NCBI GenBank assembly: GCA_034716235.1
Contig: JAYEHH010000013.1
Span: 1 to 46,267, forward strand
Source: Patescibacteria group bacterium
GTDB lineage: Bacteria > Patescibacteriota > Minisyncoccia > CAIUEV01 > JAHKAQ01
DNA length: 46,267 bases
Reading direction: 5' to 3'
Part shown: one piece after another, positions 17,187 to 26,645 of the stretch
Position numbering within the stretch: the stretch's first letter is position 1
How the letters are laid out: the number at the start of each line of letters is the position of its first letter
Program-made: the position numbers and the translations under genes
Notes under the pieces: model-generated
Told to the model about the DNA's origin: nothing
What the model saw: only the letters and a program-made list of their open reading frames with translations
Databases searched by the model: none

Positions 17187-18485
17187 ATGTCTCCTAAAGA
17201 ATATTATTTCATCAGCGATTTGCACATTGGTGATAAAACTATCGGACGCTATGCTCCTACCAAGGAGTTAATTGCTTTTCTTAAAGAGCTGAAAGCAAGA
17301 AAGAATAAAATTGAACTGATTATCGTAGGTGATGCTTTTGGATTTTGGGAAATAAATATAAATGAAAGCTTAATCAAGCTAAAGTCTATCATTAAAGAGC
17401 ATCAAATACTTTTTGATTATTTTAAAAAAACTGGCAAAAAAATTAAGATAACTATTATCCCTGGTAATCACGATTATGATTTAGCTTGCCAGGGTGGCTT
17501 TGGTAAATTATTGCAACAATATGGAATTCATTTAGAGCCAAGAAGGTTTATCAAAAGGAATATTGCTAATAAAAAAATATGGATTGAGCATGGTAGTCAG
17601 TATGATGATGTCAATCGGATTGCTAATTTTGGCGATCCTAACGCTACTCCGATTGGTTATTATATTACTAATAAAATTGTTGGTGGTGCCTACAAACATG
17701 CTTTACTAGGGAAACAAAAATGGTTGAAAGATTTAGGATCAGTTTATCCTAGTGAGCGCATTCTAGGCTGGATGTTTTCTAATTACTTTTATCGAGAAAT
17801 GAGTCCAATTTTACGCTATATTTTATTACCGTTCTTTTTATTTTTTAGCTTTAGCTTTTTAATTTTGATGGGTTTGACTCTTGAGAAAACAAAAGTATTG
17901 CCAACCAATTTTTTCGCTAAGAGATTTGGAGATTATTTTCCAATTTTAGGGGATCTAATTGATGCAATTGTTATTATTGATATTATTGTACTATTATTGT
18001 CTGTGGCCTTTATAGCAATTTTTGCTATTCCTTTCTTTTTTATTTCCAGGGATGTTAAAAAGGCCTTTAGGAGATATGAAATTGTTGGTCCTAGCGATTT
18101 GAATACGCGCAAGGAAAAGGCTTATTTAGCAGCCGGTAAAAAAATATTTAGAGAAGATCCGTCAACGGTAATTTTTGTTCATGGCCATACTCATTCAGCC
18201 TCAGTTAAAAAAATAGATCAAAGGGTAATTCTTAATACTGGAGCTTGGACTAAGCGATTAAAAAAAATTACTTCTCGTTTTTTACTTTTACCCGCCGTTT
18301 ATTATCCCTCGTTCCAATTAAGCTACTTCAAGATTTATCAACAAGACAAAAAAATAGTCATTGATTATCAACAAATTGCTAAAAAAATTAATTCAGAACT
18401 TACCTTCTTACAGCGATTTGCGATTTTTGGGAAAAAGAAAAAGGATAAAGTTAGTATCCCTCAACGGACATTGATTAATTTATAG
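17187..18485 (+). CDS. Calcineurin-like metallophosphoesterase with internal transmembrane segments
   Basis: ISDLHIGD, IVGDAFGFWE, IPGNHDYD, EHGSQYD and VHGHTH motifs. Two or three hydrophobic helices at residues about 205-285. Confidence 0.75.
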   Translation: MSPKEYYFISDLHIGDKTIGRYAPTKELIAFLKELKARKNKIELIIVGDAFGFWEININESLIKLKSIIKEHQILFDYFKKTGKKIKITIIPGNHDYDLACQGGFGKLLQQYGIHLEPRRFIKRNIANKKIWIEHGSQYDDVNRIANFGDPNATPIGYYITNKIVGGAYKHALLGKQKWLKDLGSVYPSERILGWMFSNYFYREMSPILRYILLPFFLFFSFSFLILMGLTLEKTKVLPTNFFAKRFGDYFPILGDLIDAIVIIDIIVLLLSVAFIAIFAIPFFFISRDVKKAFRRYEIVGPSDLNTRKEKAYLAAGKKIFREDPSTVIFVHGHTHSASVKKIDQRVILNTGAWTKRLKKITSRFLLLPAVYYPSFQLSYFKIYQQDKKIVIDYQQIAKKINSELTFLQRFAIFGKKKKDKVSIPQRTLINL

Positions 18486-18568
18486 CAAAATATCTTTTTA
18501 TTATAAAATAAAACCCCAATTTAATAATCTAGGTTCAGATTAATAAATTGGGGTTTTTGTGATTGAGT

Positions 18569-19201
18569 TCAGTTTGTGTGGCAACCTTTACAGGTTACCG
18601 GTGCCACTTTCCCCTCCTTTCTAACTTTTCTATGGCACCCCTTACAACTTTTGTGTAACGCCTCCTTATGATAACTGAGGCGATCTTTCTTGGATAATCC
18701 TGCGGGTCTTTTACCCACCTTGTTATGACACTTGGAACATTTATCTATTCCTTGTGTCTGAATCATCTCTTGAGTGAGGGGGGCACCTTTTGTATCGTGG
18801 TGGCACTCTCCACACGCATAATCAGCATGCTTTAGGTGATTAAATACCACAATTCTCTTGCGATGTTTTTTGTAAATTTCACTTTCCATGTGAATTATGG
18901 TAGGAGAAATAGTCTCAATATTTTTGTCTGCCTTTTCCTTCACTTCATCCCTTGCCACCTCTGTTCTTTCTATTGTTTCTTTCTTCCCTTCTTTCTCTTC
19001 TCTCACCTTTACCTTTTCCGTTTTTATAGCGTCCATGGCTGTTTCGGTTGTCTTATTCTCTACAACCGGGAACACCATCTTTGTTTCCGATGGTGATTCA
19101 ATAGTTACTTGTTGGCTCTGGCAACTTCCGCCGTGAGAGCCATAAAATAACGAAAAAATAGCCCCAGCGATTAATACTAAAACAAACAATATTTTTTTCA
19201 T
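18569..19201 (-). CDS. Exported tetrahaem class III (c3/c7-type) cytochrome c
   Basis: Signal peptide, K/E-rich linker, then VVFNHLKHADYACGECHH, CSKCHN, CKGCHR and CKGCHTN, which gives four CxxCH motifs. Confidence 0.8.
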   Translation of the reverse strand: MKKILFVLVLIAGAIFSLFYGSHGGSCQSQQVTIESPSETKMVFPVVENKTTETAMDAIKTEKVKVREEKEGKKETIERTEVARDEVKEKADKNIETISPTIIHMESEIYKKHRKRIVVFNHLKHADYACGECHHDTKGAPLTQEMIQTQGIDKCSKCHNKVGKRPAGLSKKDRLSYHKEALHKSCKGCHRKVRKEGKVAPVTCKGCHTN

Positions 19202-19446
19202 GGCAATCTCCTTTCCTTAAAAAGTTTCGTCTCATTTTTATTAGTAAAGTACTACCAACTAAATAGAAATAGCATAAAATTAATAAATTGTCAATACTGA
19301 CAAGGGATAATAGTGTTAAATCCTTTGATTTAAGTTAATCTTTTGAATTTTATTGATTGATTTCGGGGTATCGCTATATTGTTACAAGTAAAAAAACTGC
19401 TCCTCTAATCCCTTTATGCTATAATTTTGCTATGCTAACTTTTTAA

Positions 19447-20412
19447 ATGATAAAACAAATTAAGATTAAAAAGGTCATTCAAATTATTGCTATAAGTTTG
19501 ATAATAGTAGGAGGATGTCTCCATTATGCTATTAAACTTTATTACAATCCTGTTATTGCCCCTATAGACCAGAGAATGAATTTTGTAACGGTCAATTATG
19601 ACAACCATTATTTTAAAGCTCATACTCTAGCTAAAACTGTGGGGGATTTTCTTGAAGAGCAAGGGCTCTCTTTAGAGGAAGGGGATTGTGTTTTTCCTAA
19701 TGTTAAAAACCAGTTAGTCCCAGGAACATTGATTACCATCCGCAGACAAATTCCGATGACCATTAAGGTTGATGATCGGGAAATAGCAATCAGGACTTTT
19801 GCAGAAACAATAAATGAAGTATTGGTAGAGGCCGATGTAACCCTTAATCATTTAGATAAAATTAAGCCAGGTAAATTAACTAGAACTACTCGTAATTCGG
19901 AGATAGTAATTACCAGAATTAATGAGGAGGAAATTACTGAAGAGGAAAGAATTGATTTTAAAGTTATTGAAAAGGACGACTCTAAATTAAAATGGAGAAG
20001 AACAAAAATAGGGCAGGTAGGAGAGGCAGGGGTGAGAGAAAATACGTATTTAATTACTTATGCTAACGGGAAACAAGTTAGCAAAGTTAAACTCTCTTCT
20101 GAAATAATAAAAAAGCCGGTTACTAAAATTATTTTGCACGGTACTAAAATAGAAATTGGTGAGTCTTATAAGGGCAGGGCCAGCTGGTATTCTCATACTG
20201 GAACAATGGCTTGCGCTTCCTTAAAGCATCCTTTTGGGACTTGGCTTAGAGTTACAAATATGGCTAATGGTAAAAACGTGATTGTTCAAGTGAATGATCG
20301 AGGTCCTTTTTCTGAAGATAAGATTATTGATCTTGACAAAACAGCCTTTGCAAAGATTGGTAATCTTGCCCAAGGGGTGATGCGGGTAAAAGTAGAAGAA
20401 ATTCTAGAGTAA
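19447..20412 (+). CDS. DUF348/G5-domain protein with C-terminal RlpA-like double-psi beta-barrel (cell-wall lytic transglycosylase-like)
   Basis: N-terminal TM helix, G5-like IGQVGEAGVRENTYLITYANGK, and the C-terminal GRASWYSHTGTMACASLKHPFGTWLRVTNMANGKNVIVQVNDRGPF. Confidence 0.8.
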   Translation: MIKQIKIKKVIQIIAISLIIVGGCLHYAIKLYYNPVIAPIDQRMNFVTVNYDNHYFKAHTLAKTVGDFLEEQGLSLEEGDCVFPNVKNQLVPGTLITIRRQIPMTIKVDDREIAIRTFAETINEVLVEADVTLNHLDKIKPGKLTRTTRNSEIVITRINEEEITEEERIDFKVIEKDDSKLKWRRTKIGQVGEAGVRENTYLITYANGKQVSKVKLSSEIIKKPVTKIILHGTKIEIGESYKGRASWYSHTGTMACASLKHPFGTWLRVTNMANGKNVIVQVNDRGPFSEDKIIDLDKTAFAKIGNLAQGVMRVKVEEILE

Positions 20413-20420
20413 ATGCTCAA

Positions 20421-20452
20421 AAGTAGAAAATTCATAAAGTTCATAAAGTTAT
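20421..20452 (+). repeat. Tandem 9-mer array, locus 2 of 4
   Basis: AGTAGAAAA TTCATAAAG TTCATAAAG TTATAG, starting 9 nt after the stop of the G5/RlpA gene. Confidence 0.85.
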
Positions 20453-20567
20453 AGATAATTTACAATTTTTAATTCACAAGTATAGAATATCTCTTCCAAT
20501 AGAAGATTCTTTAATCGGAAATTGGAAATTATGTATGAACCTTACAAATTTTTTACTGCCAATTTGT

Positions 20568-22631
20568 TTACTTTATAATTGCTAGCCCCCCAAACACTTC
20601 AGAGTGTAGTTTTTTAGCTTGAGGGTCAGAGAGTTCTTTATAGGAGACTCTAACGGTGTATCTGATTTTGTTTTTTAGTGGGAAAATATCATGGATCTTT
20701 AAGCTCCAGAGATTATCTTTGCTGATTTTTTGGCGAATCTCCTGCAGTTTTTTATTGATAAGTTCTTCGGGGGTTTGTTTTTTACCGATAGGAAATTCTA
20801 GATTAACATCTAGGGTTACTATTTTCTTGGTGAGTTCCGTGGTTGGTTCCGGTTGATAATGCTTGAGTAGAGCAGTCATGTCAGAAAGATTAATTTCTGC
20901 AAAATAAGTGCTACCTGCTAATTTTTCTATAGATTTTAATTTGTATAAAATACCGACTATTTTCTCTCCCACGATTAAATCCCAACAGGAATAAGGATTG
21001 GCTATTGTTGGGACCGTTTTTGATTTTAACCACCGTACATCATTAATCCCAGAGGTTCTTAATAGCTTTTCCGTTGCTTGTTGTAATTGAGAGAGCCCTT
21101 TTTCTTTGGCCGATTTATGAGTTAATAGCCCTAACGATTCTTGCTCATGATAATGATTGTTAATCTGCCCAAAGATTTTACCAATTTCAAAAATATTGAT
21201 TTGGTCTATTCCCTTTTTAACATATTCCTCTAGCTGATGTATGAGTCCTGGAGCCATAGATTGCCGTAAATCAGGGTATTCTTCATTTACTGAATTTTGA
21301 GTGGCAATGACTTTCCAATTTTGGTAATTAACATCTGCATTAGCCTCTTTTTTAATCAAAGGAGAAGAAAGAATTTCATCAAAACCTAACGCAATCAACA
21401 TATCTTTTAGACTGTCTGTCAATTTAATTACTTGAGGAGTGATGTTTTTGACAACCGTTAACTTAGGAGGTTGATCGACCGGAATTTTATCATAACCGAC
21501 TATTCTAACTACTTCTTCAATCACATCTTCTTCCATATTTATGTCCATTCTATCGGAAGGAGGGGATACTTGTAAATTATTACCATTCTTTTTTACTTTA
21601 AACCTTAAGTCTTCCAAAATCTGACCAGTTTTTTCTGGAGAAATTTCAATGCCAGCATAGCTACTAGGATCTTGGAGATTGAGATTGATTACAGGCATCT
21701 TTCGTTTTTGAGGATAAAAATCAAAAACCTTTCCAACTAATTCTCCTCCGCAGTGTTTTATAATTAAAGAAGTCAATAATTCAAAGGCAATTGAGGAAGA
21801 AGTAGTATCTAAATCTTTTTCCAGTCGGTTGCTAGCTTCAGTTACAACCTTAAGTCCGTTAGAATTTTTTCTAATTAAAGCTCTATCATAAATTGCCATT
21901 TCGGCAACTATGGAAGTTGTTTTCTGGTCGGTGGCAGCTACTTTCCCTCCTACTATTCCTGCCAAAGCTAAGATGTTAGTTTGATCCTGAATAATTAACT
22001 CTTCTTTTTGCTCCAATTTTATTTTTGAATTATCTAGAGTGGTTATTTCTTTGAAATTTTTATTTAAGGACCAGATAAGTTCCCCCTGAATTTTACTTTT
22101 ATCTAAAAGATGAGAAGGGTAGCCGGTAAGTAACATAACATAGTTAGATAAATCAACTGGAAAATTAATACTGTTTATTTCGTAAAAGCTTAAGAATTCT
22201 TTTAACCAGCTGGGAGATTGCTTGTTTTTTAAATTTGTAATTTCTACGGCTAAAATTCTGCGGATAGGTTCCTTATCGCGAATTTCAATAGTTAATCCTT
22301 TCCCTGCTATTTTTTCCTGCGAAGATTTGTCCTTAATTTCAGCAGATCCAGTCGGTTGTTTGATTTTTGGCACCAAATCGTGCAAATCACGGCATTCTAG
22401 CCCCCAATAAGCAGCTACTTCTCTAGCAATTCCTAAAATTGAGAGACAGTCAGCTCTATTTTGTCTTACCTCTAACCCAATTAAGTAATCGGTCTTTCCT
22501 TGATACTGAACCTTTTCCAGACTATCCATCATAAAACCGGTTAAGGTTAAAGTTTCTCCTACTATTTGAGGGCTAGCTTTAAGTTGAGGGACAAGTTCTT
22601 TAAGTTGGCTATAAAGTATTTTCATTTTCAA
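20568..22631 (-). CDS. pheT: Phenylalanine--tRNA ligase beta subunit (short form without the N-terminal tRNA-binding OB domain)
   Basis: B3_4/B5/FDX-ACB layout. Overlaps pheS. 687 aa. Confidence 0.95.
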   Translation of the reverse strand: MKMKILYSQLKELVPQLKASPQIVGETLTLTGFMMDSLEKVQYQGKTDYLIGLEVRQNRADCLSILGIAREVAAYWGLECRDLHDLVPKIKQPTGSAEIKDKSSQEKIAGKGLTIEIRDKEPIRRILAVEITNLKNKQSPSWLKEFLSFYEINSINFPVDLSNYVMLLTGYPSHLLDKSKIQGELIWSLNKNFKEITTLDNSKIKLEQKEELIIQDQTNILALAGIVGGKVAATDQKTTSIVAEMAIYDRALIRKNSNGLKVVTEASNRLEKDLDTTSSSIAFELLTSLIIKHCGGELVGKVFDFYPQKRKMPVINLNLQDPSSYAGIEISPEKTGQILEDLRFKVKKNGNNLQVSPPSDRMDINMEEDVIEEVVRIVGYDKIPVDQPPKLTVVKNITPQVIKLTDSLKDMLIALGFDEILSSPLIKKEANADVNYQNWKVIATQNSVNEEYPDLRQSMAPGLIHQLEEYVKKGIDQINIFEIGKIFGQINNHYHEQESLGLLTHKSAKEKGLSQLQQATEKLLRTSGINDVRWLKSKTVPTIANPYSCWDLIVGEKIVGILYKLKSIEKLAGSTYFAEINLSDMTALLKHYQPEPTTELTKKIVTLDVNLEFPIGKKQTPEELINKKLQEIRQKISKDNLWSLKIHDIFPLKNKIRYTVRVSYKELSDPQAKKLHSEVFGGLAIIK

Positions 22632-23631
22632 ATGGTTTATATCCTAAATTCCCTCCTAGAAGGGTTCGAATGTCATTAATTTTATATTTAGCCATTACCC
22701 AGCGGTCTAATCCTAGTCCAAAGGCAAATCCTCTCCATTTTTTATGATCAATCCCAGCTTTTTCTAATACGTCCGGATGAATAATACCAGCCCCACCCAT
22801 TTCTATCCAACCAACTCCCTTGCAAAGACGACAACCCTTACCATGGCAGTTAAAACATTGCATATCTACTCCGGCTCCAGGCTCTACTTCAGGATAATAT
22901 TTATTGCGGTAGCGTAAGACAACATCAGGACCGTACATCCGCTTAAAAAGTGCTGTAAAAGTTCCAAAAAGATCTTTTAGGCTAACTTCTGGTAGAACAA
23001 CGGTTCCTTGATAATGATGAAAAACAAAATGATTGCTTTTATTTACTTTTTCATTGCGGTAAACCTTACCCGGACTAACTACTTTAATGGGAGGCTCATA
23101 TTTATCTAGTACTCGAGCTTCAATGGAAGAAGTGTGAGTGCGTAAAAGATAATTAGGTTCTTTAATATAAAGAGTGTCTTGAAGAGCTCGAGCAGGATGA
23201 TCAGGGGGAACATTTAATCTTTGAAAACAAAATTCGTCTGTTTCTAATTCTAAATCTTCCATGATGCTGTATCCCATTTCGGTAAAGAATTTGTTTAATT
23301 CTCTAATCGTTTGGGTAATGGGGTGGAGGTGGCCAATTTTAGGTGGTTGCAAATCTAAAGTTTCGGCTTGATTTTTTAATTCATCTGCCGAGTGAGAAGC
23401 TAATAGAGTTTTCTTTTTTGTAGCTAATAAATCTTTAACCTCTTTAGCTGTTTTTTGAATAGCAATGGCCTGAGTTTTCCGTTGTTCTGGTGGGAATTTA
23501 CCAATTTCTTTGAGCATTTGGTTAACGGAGCCTTTGCTTCCCAAATAGCTACTTTCCAAAGAGCTTAATTGGGTCAAGGATTCGATTGTTTCTAACTCAG
23601 CTTTTAATTTTTTAACAAGGTCAATTTTCAT
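22609..23631 (-). CDS. pheS: Phenylalanine--tRNA ligase alpha subunit
   Basis: HPITQTIREL..., class II motifs (LLRTHTS, FRNE-like YRNEKV, GAGIIHPDVL, GFAFGLGLDR). Confidence 0.95.
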   Translation of the reverse strand: MKIDLVKKLKAELETIESLTQLSSLESSYLGSKGSVNQMLKEIGKFPPEQRKTQAIAIQKTAKEVKDLLATKKKTLLASHSADELKNQAETLDLQPPKIGHLHPITQTIRELNKFFTEMGYSIMEDLELETDEFCFQRLNVPPDHPARALQDTLYIKEPNYLLRTHTSSIEARVLDKYEPPIKVVSPGKVYRNEKVNKSNHFVFHHYQGTVVLPEVSLKDLFGTFTALFKRMYGPDVVLRYRNKYYPEVEPGAGVDMQCFNCHGKGCRLCKGVGWIEMGGAGIIHPDVLEKAGIDHKKWRGFAFGLGLDRWVMAKYKINDIRTLLGGNLGYKPFENENTL

Positions 23632-23678
23632 AAGTAGTTTTTAGTTCTTTTAACATACCGTAAAATTACAGGGGATGC

Positions 23679-23726
23679 AATTGGTAATTGGTAATTGACA
23701 ATGGAGAATGGAGAATTGAAAATTGG
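23679..23726. repeat. ATTGACAAT/GGTAATTG-type microsatellite upstream of pheS
   Basis: AATTGGTAATTGGTAATTGACAATGGAGAATGGAGAATTGAAAATTGG. Confidence 0.8.
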
Positions 23727-23764
23727 GGAATATCCTTTTCTAATTCACAATTTTATTTGTCATT
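23727..23764 (-). repeat. 38-nt conserved module, copy A (upstream of pheST)
   Basis: GGAATATCCTTTTCTAATTCACAATTTTATTTGTCATT matches 43438-43475 at 37 of 38 positions. Confidence 0.9.
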
Positions 23765-23784
23765 CCCGCCTTCGCGGGAATGAC
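23759..23784. repeat. GC-rich perfect hairpin (REP-like)
   Basis: GTCATTCCCGC-cttc-GCGGGAATGAC. The GTCATTCC head recurs at 31782 and 46007. Confidence 0.85.
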
Positions 23785-23827
23785 ATATTATAATTTCCAA
23801 TTTTCAAACGACAAAATTTAACAGTAA

Positions 23828-23863
23828 TAAAAACCCCTAAAAACAAGTTTGTTTTTAGGGGTT
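23828..23863 (-). terminator. Rho-independent terminator of the 23883..24377 gene
   Basis: Minus strand AACCCCTAAAAACAA-ac-TTGTTTTTAGGGGTT followed by TTTTTATT. Confidence 0.75.
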
Positions 23864-23882
23864 ACTGGGGCCAAGGAAATTT

Positions 23883-24377
23883 TTATTCCTCGGTCCCTGC
23901 TATGATTTTCACTACTTTGTAGTGAAAATCATATTTTTTAAGGAATCTTTTGAATTCTGGGAGAGAACAACTCCCGTTCTCATCCCCAAAGGGCGGAAGG
24001 TCCGCTATTTGCAATGCGAATATGGTCAATCGCATTGCAGCTCTCTGTATCCCTAGAGGATGAAGATAGATTCTTTCTTCATCCTCAATCCCCTCGGCCC
24101 ATCGGATGCGTTTCTCTGCAAAACGCTCAACGGTCTGGAGGATACCTAATTTTGCCAAGATTGGGGCGGTCTTAGCAAAATTCTTGTTGACTTGGGTGAT
24201 CTCTTCCCAAGCTTCCATTGCCAGCTCTCTCTCAACTTTGTCTGGGAGATTGCTGGCACTTGCACTGGTGGCATGTGCTATCCACACCGCCAGTATCAAA
24301 ATGGCCACGAATACTATTATGATCATTAGAAACTCGTATCTCTCACCCAAAGCTCTTCCTCTTCTTAATCTTCTCAT
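23883..24377 (-). CDS. Hypothetical membrane-anchored protein
   Basis: The start is moved to ATG 24377 (MRRLRRG...), which follows GAGGAGG. One TM helix. GC content is visibly higher than in the flanks. No known motif. Confidence 0.55.
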   Translation of the reverse strand: MRRLRRGRALGERYEFLMIIIVFVAILILAVWIAHATSASASNLPDKVERELAMEAWEEITQVNKNFAKTAPILAKLGILQTVERFAEKRIRWAEGIEDEERIYLHPLGIQRAAMRLTIFALQIADLPPFGDENGSCSLPEFKRFLKKYDFHYKVVKIIAGTEE

Positions 24378-24491
24378 CTTTTCCTCCTCTTCAATGAAAT
24401 TGTTAAAAAACTTCTTTCTTATTACCGATTTTACACCATAGCATAAAAACACATAAAAGTCAAGAGCAGACAAAAATTGTTATTATATTTA

Positions 24492-24517
24492 AAGAGCAAT
24501 CCTTTAGGATTGCTCTC
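24492..24517 (-). terminator. Hairpin terminator after the 24552..24821 gene
   Basis: AGAGCAATCC-ttt-AGGATTGCTCT, about 35 nt after the stop. Confidence 0.5.
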
Positions 24518-24551
24518 TAGTGACTAAATTGGCAGTTTACTGCGTTTACTG

Positions 24552-24821
24552 TTATAACTCTTCTTCTCCTAAAACCTCCTCTATCCCTATCGCACATATC
24601 CGAATTCCTCCTCTCTTCCGTAGATCTGAAAGATTAAAGATTGTGACTAACGGTGGTGCACTATCATCAATAGTTGCACCAGATTCTATTATGATATTTC
24701 CATTATTCGGGAAAACAATCTTTCCAAACTTTTGGATCTTGTCTTTCGCAAACCAAAACTTCACAAGTTTATTTTGATACTGAAAAAGTTTTGTTCTGCT
24801 ATTTAAAAGTTTACTTGTCAT
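24552..24821 (-). CDS. Hypothetical protein
   Basis: ATG preceded by AAGGGGGG. 89 aa. No recognisable domain. Confidence 0.5.
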   Translation of the reverse strand: MTSKLLNSRTKLFQYQNKLVKFWFAKDKIQKFGKIVFPNNGNIIIESGATIDDSAPPLVTIFNLSDLRKRGGIRICAIGIEEVLGEEEL

Positions 24822-25061
24822 AGTTTCCCCCCTTTTCCTTTTATCAATTTGATTGCCAATCCAGTCAAAAAATTTAAAAGAACATTATATTAAAAATAAC
24901 TATAGGCTTTAAATAGATTTATCGCAATAGAAGCTGTTGTAAAAGGATAGAATAGATTATAATTAAGTAAAAGCAACTAACAGAAAAAATAACATTTTTA
25001 AGATTTCAATATTAAGATAAAACTTAAAATTCCTAAAGCAATACTTACGGTAATCGGCCTC

Positions 25062-25583
25062 TTGCTCGTTATGATTATTCTTTTCAAAGAGGACTCTCTT
25101 ATTTTAGAGGACGGTCAATCTTCAATAAACTTGGAACAATTTCTGGAGGAACCGGTTTCTTGCTCAAACCAAATATCTTGTACTGCTAAGGTTGAAAGGG
25201 TTGTTGACGGAGACACAATTGTTTTAGAATCTGGCGAGCGAGTGAGATACATTGGGATTGATACTCCTGAAATGACTGGACCTAAAAGAAAAACGGCTGA
25301 GTGTTTTGGAGAGGAAGCTACTAAGAAAAACAGAGAATTGATTGAAGGCAAGAAGGTAAGGCTGGAAAAAGATATTTCCGAGGTAGATAAATACCAAAGG
25401 CTTTTAAGATACGTTTATTTAGAGGATATCTTTGTTAATGACTACTTGATTCGCAATGGTTATGCTAGTGCGGTTAGTTTCCCTCCTGATATAAAATATC
25501 AAGAACAGTTTAGAGTGGCGGAACAAGAAGCTAAAAAAGAAGCCAGAGGGTTTTGGGGAAAAGGAATTTGTGATATAAAGTAA
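25062..25583 (+). CDS. Thermonuclease (staphylococcal nuclease, SNase) homologue
   Basis: VVDGDTIVLESGERVRYIGIDTPE...QRLLRYVYL...NDYLIRNGYA. The in-frame upstream codons encode KLKIPKAILTVIGLLLVMIILF, a signal anchor. The true start is therefore probably a non-ATG codon between 25002 and 25062. Confidence 0.85.
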   Translation: MLVMIILFKEDSLILEDGQSSINLEQFLEEPVSCSNQISCTAKVERVVDGDTIVLESGERVRYIGIDTPEMTGPKRKTAECFGEEATKKNRELIEGKKVRLEKDISEVDKYQRLLRYVYLEDIFVNDYLIRNGYASAVSFPPDIKYQEQFRVAEQEAKKEARGFWGKGICDIK

Positions 25584-25699
25584 GAGAAAGTTTGAGCAAT
25601 TAAACTAAACAAAGTATAATAAAGTTATACTTTAGAAGACATTGATGTTGGATACGATAGTTGAATATAGCTAAACTATTTTTAGAAAGGGGTGAGAAT

Positions 25700-26158
25700 A
25701 TGGAATATAATTACAATTACGAATATACGGGCAATGTTAGCCCAGAGGTAGGTGTAGTAGCTGGTATTTTTGGTGTGGGAATGGCTTTATTTGGTCTGGT
25801 GGTTGGTCTGGCTTTCTATGTTTATTTTTCAATTTGTTTAATGAAAATTGCCCAAAAGACTAATACTGAAAATGCTTGGTTTGCTTGGATACCACTATTG
25901 AATATTATTTTAATGCTCCAGATAGCCAAGAAGCCACTTTGGTGGTTTCTCCTCTTATTGTTGCCTCTAATTAATGTTGTTGTGTCTATCATTGTTTGGA
26001 TGAAAATTGCAGAGGCGGTAAAAAAACCAGAATGGCTAGGTATCTTAATGATTGTCCCGGTAGCCAATGCAATACTACCAGGGTACTTGGCCTTTTCATC
26101 AAGTGAAAATAATAAGCCAAGCGCAAAAGCAAGTGCACCTACTGGTGATTCGGTTTAG
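25700..26158 (+). CDS. Small integral membrane protein (DUF5684-like)
   Basis: ATG 25700 follows AAGGGGTGA. AWIPLLNIILMLQIAKKPLWWFLLLLLPLINVV resembles the DUF5684 pattern. Confidence 0.6.
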   Translation: MEYNYNYEYTGNVSPEVGVVAGIFGVGMALFGLVVGLAFYVYFSICLMKIAQKTNTENAWFAWIPLLNIILMLQIAKKPLWWFLLLLLPLINVVVSIIVWMKIAEAVKKPEWLGILMIVPVANAILPGYLAFSSSENNKPSAKASAPTGDSV

Positions 26159-26194
26159 GGAGGACCGATAAAATATTTAATATTAATAAAAAAC

Positions 26195-26554
26195 ATGAGT
26201 CTGAAAACATTTTTACAGAAAATAGGGGTGATGCAGAAAGAAACAGATATTGAAACAGATCTTCCTAATTCGTCAGATGAAGATAGTCATTCTCCAGAAG
26301 CATCACAACAAAACGCAGTTAGTCATGAAGAAACAAAGAGCGATGGCAACAATGAAGAAGGGGGAGATAATTCTTCAGAGGCAACTTCCAATTCAGCGTC
26401 AGTTGAAACTTCTGAGTCTATTAAAGCTCCCGAATCCACTAAACCTCCAGAATCAGTAGATTCTTCTAAGTCTACTGAACCTCTAGTTGTCCCAGAATCT
26501 CATGGAGATGATGCTGCGGATACTGACTCTGGGACCGATACTGATTTTGACTGA
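26195..26554 (+). CDS. Acidic Ser/Glu/Asp-rich low-complexity protein
   Basis: ORF only. SVETSESIKAPESTKPPESVDSSKSTEP repeats. Confidence 0.45.
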   Translation: MSLKTFLQKIGVMQKETDIETDLPNSSDEDSHSPEASQQNAVSHEETKSDGNNEEGGDNSSEATSNSASVETSESIKAPESTKPPESVDSSKSTEPLVVPESHGDDAADTDSGTDTDFD

Positions 26555-26645
26555 ACTCAATAATTGCGTTAAACAAGAAGAGCAGAAGTGACACTTCAAG
26601 AAAGTGATATTTTTGCTCTTTTTAAATATTTTCTAGAGAATTAAG

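Noticed and set aside
18836-19136. Two + strand ORFs overlapping the cytochrome gene
   Set aside because: They are antisense to a CDS with four CxxCH motifs and a signal peptide. Their products are low-complexity F/S/L-rich.
23632-23830. T-box leader upstream of pheST
   Set aside because: No UGGNACC-type bulge or T-box consensus can be found on the minus strand. The leader consists of the 38-nt module, a microsatellite and a REP-like hairpin.
24106-24777. + strand ORFs 24106..24441 and 24520..24777
   Set aside because: They are antisense to the two minus-strand genes, which have strong SD sequences and terminators.
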